Source of the DNA: Octopus sinensis
Lineage: Eukaryota
DNA length: 64,000 nt
Direction: 5' to 3'
Assembly: GCF_006345805.1 (NCBI RefSeq)
Contig: NC_043001.1
Coordinates: 101,742,001 to 101,806,000, forward strand
Below the pieces are notes generated by a model that made no database searches, had not been told where the DNA came from, and saw only the letters and a program-made list of their open reading frames with translations. Shown here piece after piece: positions 1 through 12,570 of the stretch (position 1 is the first letter of the stretch; the number at the start of each line of letters is the position of its first letter). The position numbers and the translations under genes were made by a program.

Positions 1-87
1 TTCCTTACTAAGTTGGCTTGGTGGGTTTACCAATTAAGTTACTATCATCCAGACGAAGTGACCGGTGGTACTGGGTTACATGTACCA

Positions 88-97
88 ATATATATAA

Positions 98-146
<49 letters not shown>

Positions 147-400
147 AAATACATATATATATATTCACACACATACACACACACACATATACAAATATGT
201 ATGTATAAATGTGTACGTACATATATATGCATATATATATGTATATGTATGTATGTGTATATATATATATATATATATATACTTATACACATATATATAT
301 GTATACATATATATATATATATGTGTGTGTGTGCATGTATATGTCTATATCTATATCCATATCTATATATCATCATCATCATCATTTAACGTCCATCTTC

Positions 401-438
<38 letters not shown>

Positions 439-516
439 TATATATATATACACATATATATGTATGTACACATACACACACACACACACACATATATATA
501 TACATATATATATACA
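88..516. repeat. Compound (AT)n/(AC)n microsatellite with a tiny RTE-tail remnant (catcat...ttaacgtcc, ~369-397)
   Basis: Dinucleotide arrays seen directly; the YIYI/HTHT ORFs are artefacts of them. Confidence 0.95.
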
Positions 517-689
517 TCAGGCCAGACAGTCAGAGAGGTGGGTGTGGGCGGGCCCCCTCCACTCCGCAGACAGAGTTGCTGTAAGTGTAATGAAATCAAC
601 TGAAGTAAAAAGTAAATTTAAGAAATTTCCATTCTTTCGATTACGGTTGTTGTTGCTTTTGTTGTTGTTTTGATTATAGTTGTAGCAGT

Positions 690-713
690 GTTGCTTACGA
701 CTGTGCTGCTGCT

Positions 714-745
<32 letters not shown>

Positions 746-1287
746 AAGTATTGTTTATTGTCAATAATGAGAACAAATATCAGTATCAAAACATAAATCA
801 GTTTTGATGGTGAAAAACAAAACCCATAGAAAAGAGGATATTACAGAGAGAACTTACTAAATAATGTTTCATACGTTGCTGCTGTTGTTGTTGTTGTTGT
901 TGTTGTTGTTAGTTCTGGTTCTTTTTTTTCTTTTTTGGTTTTCTCTCCTTTCACTGTTGTTATGGTGTTATGATGATGATTATGAGAACGATGATGATGA
1001 TGGTGATGATGATAGTGGTTGGTTGTGGTGGTGGTGGTGGTGGTGATGGTGGTGTTGGTAATGATGGTGATAGTGATAATGACGGTGATGATGATGATGA
1101 TGATGCTGATGATAGTGGTGGTTGTGGTGGTGGTGGTGGTGGTGGTAGTGGTGCTAATGATGGTGATGTTGTTATATTTGTCATAGTTAGTGTTACAATG
1201 ATTGCCATTATTATTATTGTTGTTGCTGTTGTTGCTTCTGCTGCTGGTTCTTTTTTGTTTTTTGCTGTTTTTTTTTTAAATTTAATA

Positions 1288-1327
<40 letters not shown>

Positions 1328-1716
1328 CGTTATTTTTTGTGTTTGTTGCTTTTGCTTCTGTTTCCACCATTGATGGTGAAACAACAACCTCCAGGATCCT
1401 ATCGGTGGTGGTGATGGTTGTGGTGGAGGTTGGTTGCTGACTTTGTCGCTGTTGTCGTCATGGTGACAATTGTAACAATGACAACATTGATGAGGACGGT
1501 GAGGAAGAGGAGGATGCTGATGATGATGATGACGATCTTGGTGGTGGTGATGATGATGACAATGACGACAACAACAGCAATGACATCGACGATGATGATG
1601 ATGACACTGTGAGTATGAGGGTGCGGATGAAGCGTGTTGTGTTGGCAAGTTGAGGATGATGATCATGATCATGGTAATTATAGCAACAGCAATGATGACG
1701 ACGATGAGGATGATGA

Positions 1717-1748
<32 letters not shown>

Positions 1749-1769
1749 ATGGTGGTGTGATGATTGATG

Positions 1770-1801
<32 letters not shown>

Positions 1802-2010
1802 GGTGGTGGTGGTGGTGGTGGTGGTGGTGGTGGTGGTGATGACGGTAACGACGATGATGATGATGATGATGACAACGATGATGATGACGACGACGATGAG
1901 GATGCTGATGATGATGGTGGTAATGATGATGACAATGATGACGACGACAATGAGGAGGAGGAGGAGGAGGATAGTAATAGTTGCAGTGATGCTGATGATA
2001 ATGTGTCTGT
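690..2010. repeat. Long compound trinucleotide array (GTT)n/(GAT)n/(GGT)n/(GAG)n
   Basis: Seen directly; produces spurious poly-D/M/G/V ORFs. Confidence 0.95.
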
Positions 2011-2387
2011 TGTGTTGTAGCTTCACTTGTTATTTTTACCGTGTCTCCGAACGTGATTTATTCGTTTTCTATCTAATAACGTTGCCTAAAGAGAGAGTCC
2101 GATTGGTGAAACCTCTTATTTTGTGTGTTCCAACAAATTTATGAGTTGATTTCACACAATTCATTCATGGCAAATATGTTTAAAGCAGCTCACAGATATT
2201 TCCAAAATTCACTCTGATTAGAAATGCTTAAATGGTAAATTATATCCTACCAAGATGACAGAAAACAGATGAGAGTTTAATTGTCATTTATGAGCAGAAA
2301 TATTGGCACTGTTTTTGTGATTCATGATATTTCAATTTATCTGCTGCAGGCAGGAAAAAAATGGAAAGAAAGATGGAAATTTTGGTT

Positions 2388-2570
2388 TATTATATTATAT
2401 TATATTATATTATATCATTCTATATAATATGTTATGTTGCATTATTATAATGTATTATATTACACTATGTAATACAACATTGCATTAAATTATGTTATAT
2501 AATATCGTGTTATGTTATACTAGACAATATTTTTTTATATTGTGTTATATTTTATTTCATTGCATTATAT
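2388..2570. repeat. Degenerate (ATATT)n pentanucleotide array
   Basis: tatattatattatatt... with progressive decay. Confidence 0.8.
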
Positions 2571-2996
2571 TTGTAGAAATTTTGAATTAGTATTTGAGAT
2601 AGAAGGAAGAGACAAATAAATATATGAGCAAGTAATAAGTTACTTCTTTGAAAAGTTCTCTGAAGTAATTCCTATATCAGTGTACAGATGATTCTGATAA
2701 ATAGATAAGTATTTCTCATGAAGTATTTCACCAAATGGTTAACAAGGAAGAAAGTAATACTTCATTCAAACGAAAGATATTAGGAAAGTTAACAAATGTG
2801 ATAAAGTGAAGTGAAAATCTTGCGTGGGGGGGGGGGAAACAAAAACAAAGAAAATCAAAGGACACGAAAAGCAGTAAAAATCAAAGATGTAATCGTTTTT
2901 TTTTTAATCTTGTAAATATGATAAAGATGATAGATTTATTGTTTATGACTGAAAAAAATGTTTGTGAGTGTATATATATATATATATATATATATA

Positions 2997-3315
2997 TCAT
3001 CATCATCATCATCATCATCGTTGTCATTTAACGTCCGCCTTCCATGTTGGCAGGGGTTGGACGGTTTGACTGAGGGCTGGCAAGTCTGGAGGCTGCACCA
3101 GGCTCCAATCTGATCTGCCAAAGTTTCTACAGCTGGATGCCCTTCCTAACATCAACCACTCCAAGAGTGTAGTGGGTGCCTTTACGTGCCACTCAGGTGG
3201 CACTGGCATCAACCACACTTGGGTGCTGCCTTTATGTGTTACTGGCACGGGACCATTCAGCCAGTACTAGCATCAACCGTGCTTAAATGGTGCTTTTAAC
3301 ATGCCACCGGCACAA
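2997..3315 (-). mobile_element. RTE LINE 3'UTR copy (SINE-like), (GAT)n tail
   Basis: Matches the 3'UTR joined to the RTE ORF at 6181-6688 (ttaacgtccgc..ccatgytggca..ggatgcccttcctaa..gtgccaccggcac). Confidence 0.9.
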
Positions 3316-3340
3316 CACATCTTTGTATGTATGTATGTGC

Positions 3341-3371
<31 letters not shown>

Positions 3372-3390
3372 TATATGAGTGTGTATATAC

Positions 3391-3460
<70 letters not shown>

Positions 3461-3480
3461 ACACACACACACATATATAT

Positions 3481-3722
3481 ATATACTTTATTTAAAGCAG
3501 CAGAAAATTCAACAAAACCTGTTACTCTGAGTTTCCCGTTGCCTTTCATCGGACAGTTTTTGCTAGAATCTAGCAAAAACTGTCCGATGAACGGCAACAA
3601 GAAACTCAGAGTAACAGGTTTTGCTGAATTTTCTGCTGCTTTAAATAAAGCATATTACTCTACCACTGGTATTTGAGTACTCTTTTTTCCACCTTGTTTC
3701 ACATTTATGTGTTTACTCCGGT
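3481..3722 (+). mobile_element. Fold-back element (arms 3481-3567 and 3569-3655, unique tail to ~3722) with hammerhead-like motif; probable Penelope pseudo-LTR derivative
   Basis: Near-perfect ~87-bp inverted arms. Right arm reads CCGATGA...GAAAC-TCAGA-GTA, with stem I agcaaaa(a)ctgt/acag(g)ttttgct and AATAAA at 3644-3649. Embedded in (AT)n. Confidence 0.7.
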
Positions 3723-3735
3723 ATATATATATATA

Positions 3736-4717
3736 GTCCTCACAGTCTTCATAGTCCTCCGAGCAATAACAGAGGAATTCAAGACAGGTTGCCCTTGGGA
3801 GCTCCTCTATGCTGATGACCTTGCTCTCATAGCAGAGTCACTACCAGAACTAGAGAAGAAATTTCAGGTGTGGAAGTAAGGTTTCGAATCGAAGGGCCTT
3901 AGAGTCAATGTTGCAAAAACCAAAGTCCTAGTATGTAGCAAGGCTGACAAATCACAAACTCCTTCAGGTAGATGGCCCTGCTCAATCTGTAGAAAAGGTG
4001 TAGGTAGAAACTCCATAAGCTGTACCCAGTGTAAGCTATGGACGCATAAGAGGTGCAGCAACATCAAAGAAAGGTTAACCAGGAAGATAACTTTTTTTTC
4101 CAGCAGATGCACAGAGGCAATAAACACTGCAGATGCTCAGAAAACAGGTCTTATCACATGCCAGTGGGAGAAACTAGAAGTAGTTGATAGCTTCCGCTAC
4201 CTAGGTGACCAAGTCTGTAGTAGGTGTTTGATGCTTGAAGTGTGTTAACACTAGAATAAGAATAGCCTGGGCAAAGTTCATAAAACTTCTATCCCTACAG
4301 GTGACAAAGGGCCTCTAGCTCAGAGTGAAAGGTAGATTCTGCGATGCATGTGTGCAAACTACCATGCTACACAGCAGTGAAACATGGGCTGTGACTGCTG
4401 AAGACATGCATAGGCTTGAAAGAAATGAAGCTAGTATGATCCACTGGATGTTTAATGTCAGTGTTCACACACAACAAAGTGTAAGTGCCATGAGAGAAAT
4501 ATTGGCGATAAGAAGCCACCTGACTGGCTCCTGTACTGGTGGCACGTAAAAAGCACCCACTACAGTCTCGGAGTGGTTGGCATTAGGAAGGACATCCAGC
4601 TACAGAAATATTGCCAAATCAGATTGGAGCCTGGTGCAGCCCCCAGGCAAAACAGCCAACCCAAGTCAGCATGGAAAACAGACGTTAAACGATGAAGATG
4701 ATGATGATGATGATGAT
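3736..4717 (+). mobile_element. Decayed RTE LINE: RT C-terminal half joined by internal deletion to 3'UTR and (GAT)n tail
   Basis: GCPWELLYADDLALIAES, LRVNVAKTKV, MLHSSETWA motifs with stops/frameshifts; tail gacgttaaacgatgaagatgatgat. Confidence 0.92.
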
Positions 4718-5479
4718 ATATATGTATGTATGTATATGTATGTATGTATGTGTATGTATGTATATGTGTGTGTATGCTATTTTATTGAAGCCAAAGCAAA
4801 CGTCACAAACTGTAACTCGGAGTTTCATGTAAGCTATTCATCAGACATTTCTGAAAATACAGACTAATAAAATAATTTATAAATTGTGAGTACATATCAG
4901 TGCTGATGAATGCCAATTCAATGAATAAGTATTTAAGGGTGACTGGGCGAATGTTTTTGAAATAACACTGTATGGTCGGATGAAAAGGAGATTGACCTTA
5001 GTTGTGATATAAACAATGTTTGAATTGAAAAACTTTATGGAGATTATATATTGTAGGTGTGAATGGTGTGAATGAAAAAATAAACAGAATTAGATAGATT
5101 ATGTCAGGAAGAAAAAAATTGCAAGTAATTAGAATAGAATATGATAGAAACAAGCTTAAAATTGAAATAAAAATTAAGAATTGTTGTTGTGATAAAGTAA
5201 GTAATAATAAAAAAAAAACATTCACAATTATGAAAGGAAAGGAAAAGAAAGTAGAAAAGAAAAAAGAAGGGGGGGAAGGGGGGGAAGGGGGGGAGGAGAA
5301 AAGAGAGAGGATAACTTGCTATTGAGACGATAGGATGGGAAAGAGCGGGGAGAGAGAACACTGAGATGTCTGGTAGTCAAAGACATTAAGAAGATTCAGC
5401 CATCTCAGAGGAACCAGATTCCAAAAACAGTGAGGAACGGTCTCAAGATGTTGAGCCTCACAGACAAGATGGCAACCTG

Positions 5480-5629
5480 TTTCTTTACTATCCACAAGGG
5501 GCTAAACACAGAGAGGACAAACAAGGACAGACAAAGGACTTAAGTCGATTATATCGACCCCAGTGTATAACTGCTACTTATTTAAACGACTCTGAAAGGA
5601 TGAAAGGCAAAGTCGACCTCGGCGGAATT
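5480..5629 (-). mobile_element. SINE family B (Meta-domain-like) 3' fragment
   Basis: Homologous to 34535-34764 (gactttgcctttcatcctttc...gtcgat...tttagccccttgtgg). Confidence 0.85.
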
Positions 5630-6180
5630 AATGTAATGTGTGGGTGGGGAACACATGATACACAGTGCTTCCAGAACTCAGTTTTGCTGAGGTGGGGGGT
5701 AGGGGATCTTCTCAAAAACCTCAGATTGCTGGACATCTCAGGAGTTCAAATTCTACCATTTCCTCTCTTTACCTTTCTCTCCCTCTCTCTCTCTCTCTCA
5801 TTTCTCTCTCTCTGACCATGTCTCTCCTCAACAGCATGGCACCTGTCTCTGTTCCTCTGTCATACATACAGCAGGGTTCATATATATATTAATATTTGAG
5901 ATATCACATTGTCAATACTCAGAGATTCATGATGATGTTGTTTGGCAAATACTTGGCAAGGGTTTGTGCCAATTCAAAACTGTGAATAGAAACACAGTGA
6001 TATTCCAAATACGTCTATGTATTATTGAGGGACAACAAGGCAATGCCGTTCATAGGAGAGATTGGAAAGGTGAAAGAAGGGAGTAAAGGTGTAGAGTCAG
6101 GAAGAAACGGGGGACGCTAAGCATTATCGTTGCTTTTCTTGTGTTTTTTTCATAAATATATATATATATATATATATATA

Positions 6181-7483
6181 TCATCATCATCATATCATCA
6201 TTGTTTAACGTCCGCTTTCCATGCTAGCATGGGTTGGACGGTTCAACTGGGGTCTGGGAAGCCCGAGGGCTGCACCAGGCCAGTCAGATCTGGCAGTGTT
6301 TCTACAGCTGGATGCTCTTCCTAACGCCAACCACTCCGTGAGTGTAGTGGGTGCTTTTTATGTGCCACCGACACAGGTGCCAGACAAGGCTGGCGAACGG
6401 CCACGGTCGGACAGTGTTTTTTACGTGCCACCAGCACGGAGGCCAGTCGATGCGTTACTGGCTACAGCCACGTTCGGATGGTTTTCTTATGTGCCACCGG
6501 CACTGGTACCACAAAACTACAAATTCCATTGATGTTGATCGATTTCGATTTTGATTTGATTCTTTGATTTTTGATTTTTGATTTTTGATTTTCACTTGCC
6601 TCAACAGGTCTTCACAAGTAGAGTTATGTGTCCCAAGAAAGAAGGTATGCACCGGTGGACTGACTATGTCCCAGGTAGGGGCCATGGGTTATGGCCTCAC
6701 CTTGTCCTGCCGGGTCTTCTCGCGCACAGCATACTTCCAAAGGTCTCGGTCTCTGATCATTTCCTCGGTGAGAGCTAAAGAGTGAAGGTCGTTCTTCACC
6801 ACCTCGTCCCAGGTTTTCCTGGGTCTACCTCTTCCACAGGTTCCCTCAACCGCTAGGGTGTGGCACTTTTTCACACAACTATCTTCATCCATTCTTACTA
6901 CGTGTCCATACCAGCGTAGACGCCTCTCTTGTACACCACATCTGATGCTTCTCAGGTCCAGCTTTTCTCTCAAGGCACTTACACTCTGTCGGGTATGAAC
7001 ACTGACATTACACATCCAACGGAGCATACTGGCTTTATTCCTTGCAAGCTTATGCATATCCTCATCAATCACGGCCCATGTTTCACTGCCATGTAGCATG
7101 GCTGTTTGCACACATGCGTCATACAGTCTGCCTTTTACTCTGAGCAAGAGGCCTTTTGTCACCAGCAGAGGTAAGAGCTCTCTGAACTTTGCCCAGGCAA
7201 TTCTTACTCTAGCAGTTACACTTTCGGCACACCCACCCCCGCTACTGACTTGGTCACCTAGGTAATGGAAACTATCAACTATTTCAAGTTTTTCTCCCTG
7301 GAATGTGGCAGAAGATGGTCTCTGCGCATTTTCAGTGTTTATTGCATCAGAGCATCTGCCACATACAAAAACTATATTCCTAGTGAGCCTTCCTTTGACA
7401 TTGCTGCACCTCTTATGTGTCCATAGCTTACACTTGGTGCATCTTATAGAGTTCCTACCTACGCCTTTTCTACAGATTGAGCA
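6181..7483 (-). mobile_element. 5'-truncated RTE LINE with uninterrupted ORF end (6689-~7480), full 3'UTR and (GAT)n tail
   Basis: PHD-type CSIC..CTKC..H..C..CGRC, then LEIVDSFHYLGD, AMLHGSETW, RRLRWYGHV, GRGRPRKTW; all are RTE RT thumb/C-terminal motifs. Confidence 0.95.
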
Positions 7484-7485
7484 AA

Positions 7486-7917
7486 TATATATATAAGATG
7501 GAGGTTGAAATAGCACAGAAGTAAATCTAAGACATTTCAATTTAAGAAGAAAACGATTTCAAAGCTATATAAAAAAAATATTATCAGATTCGATGATGAA
7601 TCTCATCTTATCAAATATCATTTAAAATTCCTAAAAATTTGATGTAAAAACAGTTTATCTTCTGTCTGGGTTTCAAAAACATGTTTTTGACCCCAAGAAG
7701 AAGATAAACTGTTTTTACATCAAATTTTTATAAATTTGTAATGATATTTGATTCATCATCAAACCTGGTAATATTTTCTTTATATAATTTTCAAGTCATT
7801 TTATCAAATTCCTTCTGAAATTGAAATGTCTTAGATTTACTTCTGTGCTATTTCCACCTCCATCTTTTATATATAAAAATTTGATTTGTATAGATCTCGA
7901 ATCTTTTTTCAACTTCC

Positions 7918-7920
<3 letters not shown>
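7486..7920. mobile_element. Fold-back element (~195-bp inverted arms centred on aaaaacatgttttt) with short unique tail
   Basis: 7486-7681 is the reverse complement of 7682-7875 with indels; flanked by (AT)n. Confidence 0.8.
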
Positions 7921-7953
<33 letters not shown>

Positions 7954-7956
<3 letters not shown>

Positions 7957-8580
7957 GATGTCCCAAAAGTTACTGATGGGTTTCCAATTTTTAATAACTT
8001 CCTTAACTTTACAAATAAATGCATGAAATTTTGATACAATATAAAGGACATAACACGTAAAGGAAATTTATATGCAGAAGTCAGATTTTGCAACAACACT
8101 AAATCAAGTATGAAAAATGACATCACTTCAATGGCAGCCATTTTCAGTTTCACATGCCTGTGTTTTTCCAAGATTTGCACCATAACACCCACTTCTTCGA
8201 TTTCTCTGTTGATGTTCTCCTTCAGTTGCTCCAGGGTCTCTGGTTAGTTGACGTAAACCCTCTCTTTCAGGTATCCCTACAAGAAAAAATCCAGACTAGC
8301 TAAGCCTGAGGAACATGAAACCCATTCAAAGTAGACCCTACACATGGTTCCAGCAAGATGGGGAAACCGCCCATGCTGAAAAAGAAACAATGCAGTTGCT
8401 ATGGCAGTGCTTTGGAGAGAGTATAACCTCCCGCTATTGCAATGTCAACTGGCCTTCACATTCCCCAGACTTGAATAACCCAGATTTTTTCTTGTGGGAA
8501 TACCTGAAAGAGAGGATTGACATCAGCAAGCCGGAGACCCTGGTACAACTGAAGGAGAACATCAATAGAGAAATCAGGCC
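7954..8580. mobile_element. Rearranged Tc1/mariner remnant: TIR plus 3' end on minus (7954-8295), DDD catalytic fragment on plus (8315-8580)
   Basis: TA|CAGGATGTCCCAAAAG terminus; WFQQDGETAH and NWPSHSPDLNNPDFFLWEYLKE motifs. Confidence 0.85.
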
Positions 8581-8729
8581 ATCAGTAAGAATCCATGGTT
8601 GGAGACGTAGAGTTTTGGTTCATGTCATCAGAGATGCAAAAGTCTTTGAAACATTACTCCAATTTTGGATGTATGTTTATTTTCACCAGCACAACATTCA
8701 TATAAACTGACTGAAAATATAATTAGTGA

Positions 8730-9100
8730 TGTGTGTGTGTGTACATGTGCGTGTGTGTACATGTGCGTGTGTGTACATGTGTGTGCATTTGTATGTGTGC
8801 ATACGCACATGTGAGTGTGTGTGCATGTGTGAGTGTGTGTGAGTATGTGTGTACATGTGTGTGCATGTGTGTGTGCGTGTGTGTGTGTCTTTGTGTCTGT
8901 GTTTGTCCCCCAACCCAATGCTTGACAACCAGTGTTGGTGTGTTTACATCCCCATTACTTAGCGGTTTGGCAAAAAAGACCAATTGAATAAGTAGCAGGC
9001 TTCAATATGAAACAAAGAGTCTGGTCGATTCATTTAACTAGCATTTTACGAGGTGGTGCCCCAGCATGGCCACAGTCTAATGATTGAAACAGTTAAAAGT
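8730..9100 (+). mobile_element. SINE family C 3' half preceded by expanded (GT)n/CATG array
   Basis: tgtgtttgtcccc..gcttgacaacc..cccagcatggccacagtc..gaaacag matches 60698-61109. Confidence 0.8.
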
Positions 9101-9104
9101 AAAC

Positions 9105-9780
9105 GACTGTCAGGGGCTTTCTCAAGGTTCCAGAAGACAATAAAAATCAGCTTCTGCTGTTCCTGTGCCATTTTTTGGCTTCGTTTTATTGTTTTTGTTG
9201 TTGTTGTCTGTCAGTGGTTCATAGCTGAGGATGGAAACGGTATTGGGGCTCCACCTGAACTGATTATGATTGTAATTATGATTGTAAGGTTCTTCTGACC
9301 AGTCAACAAACGAATCCCAACTTGATAACTCAACAATTGAGAAATAGCAGCTTCATCACCCTCAAAATCAATCGCTTTTTGAATCTCTTTCAAATAAGCT
9401 ACAAAATTGTTTCCATGACTGCCTTTGAGTTCTTAGAAAATAATCGATTCCTAAATGATGTCACCAAAAGACATCTCAGCATATTTTATGCGTATTATGG
9501 TAGATAACTGATAGTGCTTTTCCATTACTTTAATTTTAATAACCATTTCTATATTGCATAGGCATGCACTCAACAGACTCGTTCAAATGGTCATTAGGAA
9601 GATTACTGGAGCAGTAAATTCTCTCTGGTAAAAGACAGACAGCAGTATGTCTTAGACTGTTGGAATCTTGTTTTTATCACAAGCCAGAAACCTTTATAAC
9701 TCTCAATTTATAACTATCGTGTTGAGTTAAAAGTTTTGCAATATTTTGGTCACTTGTTTGCTTTCTTCGTCAAGTTACAA
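9105..9780 (-). mobile_element. Highly decayed RTE-type LINE (endonuclease end, linker, RT start)
   Basis: Minus-strand remnants LVIKTRFQQ, DEAAISQL and AQEQQKLIFIVFWNLEKAPDS (cf. the RT motif FxDLEKAFDS). Confidence 0.55.
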
Positions 9781-10164
9781 CAAACGCAGCCTAGAATTCA
9801 AAGTAGAGGCCATCCCGTTGGAGCACCCGAAGCCACCTTCCTGCTAATTCTTTGATCTTTGGCTCACTTTCTGTATTCTCATGGTGCTTTATTAGCCAAG
9901 AGGAGGTGGAAGCTCCAGTGAGGGTTCAATGGACAAGAACTGGTGTCAACATAGAATCAAAGAACTGGCAGAAAGGTGGCTTCGGATTATGCAGCATGAT
10001 GGTCTCTACTTTGGATGCTCAACTGCTTTTGCTGTAAGCTGAGAAATAAAAGTAATAAGTCAGTAAAATATCACAAAAAGTTTTGACTCAAAGCAATTAT
10101 ATGTTACAGATGTTAGTTTGGGCTCAAAACACGTAAAAACATGCCATCTAATAAAAAAAAGGCT

Positions 10165-10517
10165 GGTGGCACATGACCTGCAGTACTTGAGGAGACCTAT
10201 TGAGTCAAGTACATCAGCATCAAAATAAATATCAAATGGAAATTGTAGTTGTGATACCTGTGCCAGTGGCACATAAAAAAGCACCAACCGAACATGGCCA
10301 ATGCCAGCACTGCCTTGACTGGCTCCTGTGCCAGTGGCACGTAAAAAGCACCCACTACACTCACGGAGTGGTTGGCATTAGGAAGGGCATCCAGCCGTAG
10401 AAACACTGCCAGATCAGACTGGAGCCTGGTGCAGCCTCCTGGCTTTCCAGACCCCGGTCGAACCATCCAACCTATGCTAGCACGGAAAACGGACGTTAAA
10501 CGATGATGATGATGATG
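10165..10517 (+). mobile_element. RTE LINE 3'UTR copy, (GAT)n tail
   Basis: Same family as 6181-6688; ends ggacgttaaacgatgatgatgatgatg. Confidence 0.9.
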
Positions 10518-11200
10518 TCCATCTGGTAAAAAAATGCCCAAATGTTGAAGTAAAACCATTACTGGGTAGTTTTACTGGATAGCACAAGTACTGCTTGATG
10601 CTTATATTTGAAATGGTAATTCTTGGAATTATGTAATACATCAAGCCTTGTACATCAATATATACCAATGACATCCACTGAAAACTATACAGATATCAAA
10701 TAGACACACTTACAATGCAGGCATTAATCATTACTCTGGAGAAGATATTTAAAAGGTTTCCTTCTCAAATTAAAAATATAAATATTTTTCAACTGTATCA
10801 AATTCTGAACAACAACAACAACAACCATCATCACATGTATTATTCAGATCTTGATGAGTAACTCGGCAAAGATAGACATAGAAGATTTTTTTGCCTCTAA
10901 TATTAATCATAGAAAGCCGCTGTATTTTGATTCATGTACTTGCAAGAATTAACTCTCATTCATATGAATAAATTTGAATTAATAGTCAAGAAGAACTCCT
11001 TCGAGTTTTCAATCTTCTCTCTCTCTCTCACCATCTCTCTCTCCCTCCCTCTCCCTCTCTATCCTTTCCCCTCTCTTTATGTTACTCTCACTTATTCCAC
11101 TAATGTGTGCATGTATACATTTTCATATCAATACAAACCATAAGTATGTTTATGTGTATATTACACATAAACTAAAGCGTCCATACATTATACATTCCTA

Positions 11201-11246
<46 letters not shown>

Positions 11247-12374
11247 TATATATATATATATATATACATATATACATATACATATCATGTGCGTGTGTGT
11301 ATGTGTGTATGTATGTATAACGTGTGGTTCAGTTTTATGGTTGTGTTTGAGAGCATGTTGTGCTATTTCTTAAATAGTGAATTGTTGTTTTCTAGTGAAT
11401 TTTTGATGAGGCAGTTAATTGAAAAGTTATAAATGATTGTATTGGTAAATATTTCAAGCTAAGAAGGCCATTTCTTTCACTCATTATTCATAAGATGAGT
11501 GATGAGACATTTATTTATTACTGGATTATAATGATATATATATTTATACAATTCATACGGCACATCCTTGGTATCAATAGTTGAATATCTATTGACAAGC
11601 AAAAGCAAAATATCCAGAAACTATTTCAATTCCCATGAGAAGGATTCTCCCAGAATTTCGCAATAAAAGGGTACTGATACATCAGTAGGAGTTTCATTTT
11701 GAAGTTTTCCCTATCCAAATAGTTTTTACGGTGCATTTTGATGCAAACCAAGGTATTTGTACCCTACTGCTCATATGATACAGGATAAACATCTGGAATG
11801 AGTCTTTATGACTGACCCTCACAACGACTTCGATGGTACGGTGAGTTCTGGAGATCCTTTCAGCTCTTTTGGCAAACTTTTGCATTCTGATGCAACCTCA
11901 GTTGGTTTGGTTTTATCTTTCCACTAGTTACAGTGTGTATGAAAGAAAGCAAGTCTGATGTGAATGCAGTTCTTACTTTAACCAAAAATCTCATGCTACT
12001 CTAGTGTAGGGATCTGAGCCCCAACCACCAGGTATTCAGTTATCATAAGTAAGCCACCACAGTTCCACATGATTGATCAGTAAATCAACCAATCAGTGTT
12101 GCTGTGGCATGATATGGCTCCTTGTCTAAAACTTGTCCCCTTTTCACCCTCTGAAAACCGTTTGACACCTAACTCAACCAAATGACCTTAGACATTAAGC
12201 CAGATAAAGCACTCACAGAAGGCAGACCACTAACACCATACCATCTCAAACACTCAGCCAGACCAGCTCATGCAAGAAACCACTTCAGACACTCACACGC
12301 GATGTATTAGAGCCAGCCTTATGCATGGCACAGTGTGGTTCTCTCCTCCCACCTGGTCGTTATATTATCAATAA

Positions 12375-12570
12375 AATAGCACAGAATAATTGCTCAGCTT
12401 GTTTGAAAATATAAGGACACAGATCGTGTCATAAAGCCAGCTGGAGACGATGTCTCCTGGGGCTAAATTACAGCAACATTCATCCTAAACCAGGAGTGCC
12501 ATGTTATGTTGGCAAACAATCTTTACTCCTTTACTATTCTGAATACCTCTTGTTGTGAGATTTAAAAAAC
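12375..12570 (+). repeat. Dispersed repeat, same family as the 26551-27012 fold-back
   Basis: ccagctggagacgatgtctcctgggg..cctaaaccagga..gttatgttggcaaacaatctttactcc shared; a further fragment lies at 23184-23220. Confidence 0.85.

Noticed and set aside
45-90. cagacga followed by the gtgacc/ggttac stem
   Set aside because: No GAAA or cleavage triplet follows; too incomplete.
8-2144. Long ORFs (poly-I/Y, D, G, M, V), and similar ones at 17515-19133, 39521-40132, 48028-48671, 49816-50273, 55958-56559, 59540-60189
   Set aside because: Translations of di- and trinucleotide repeats, open in several frames on both strands, with no domain content.
11600-11900. Possible exon or LINE relic (GYKYLG, QRLRWYG-like words)
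   Set aside because: The words lie on opposite strands among stops and are consistent with chance.
12005-12382. Possible solo LTR (tgtaggg...aataaa...ca)
   Set aside because: No TSD, no second copy, and the 3' end overlaps another repeat.
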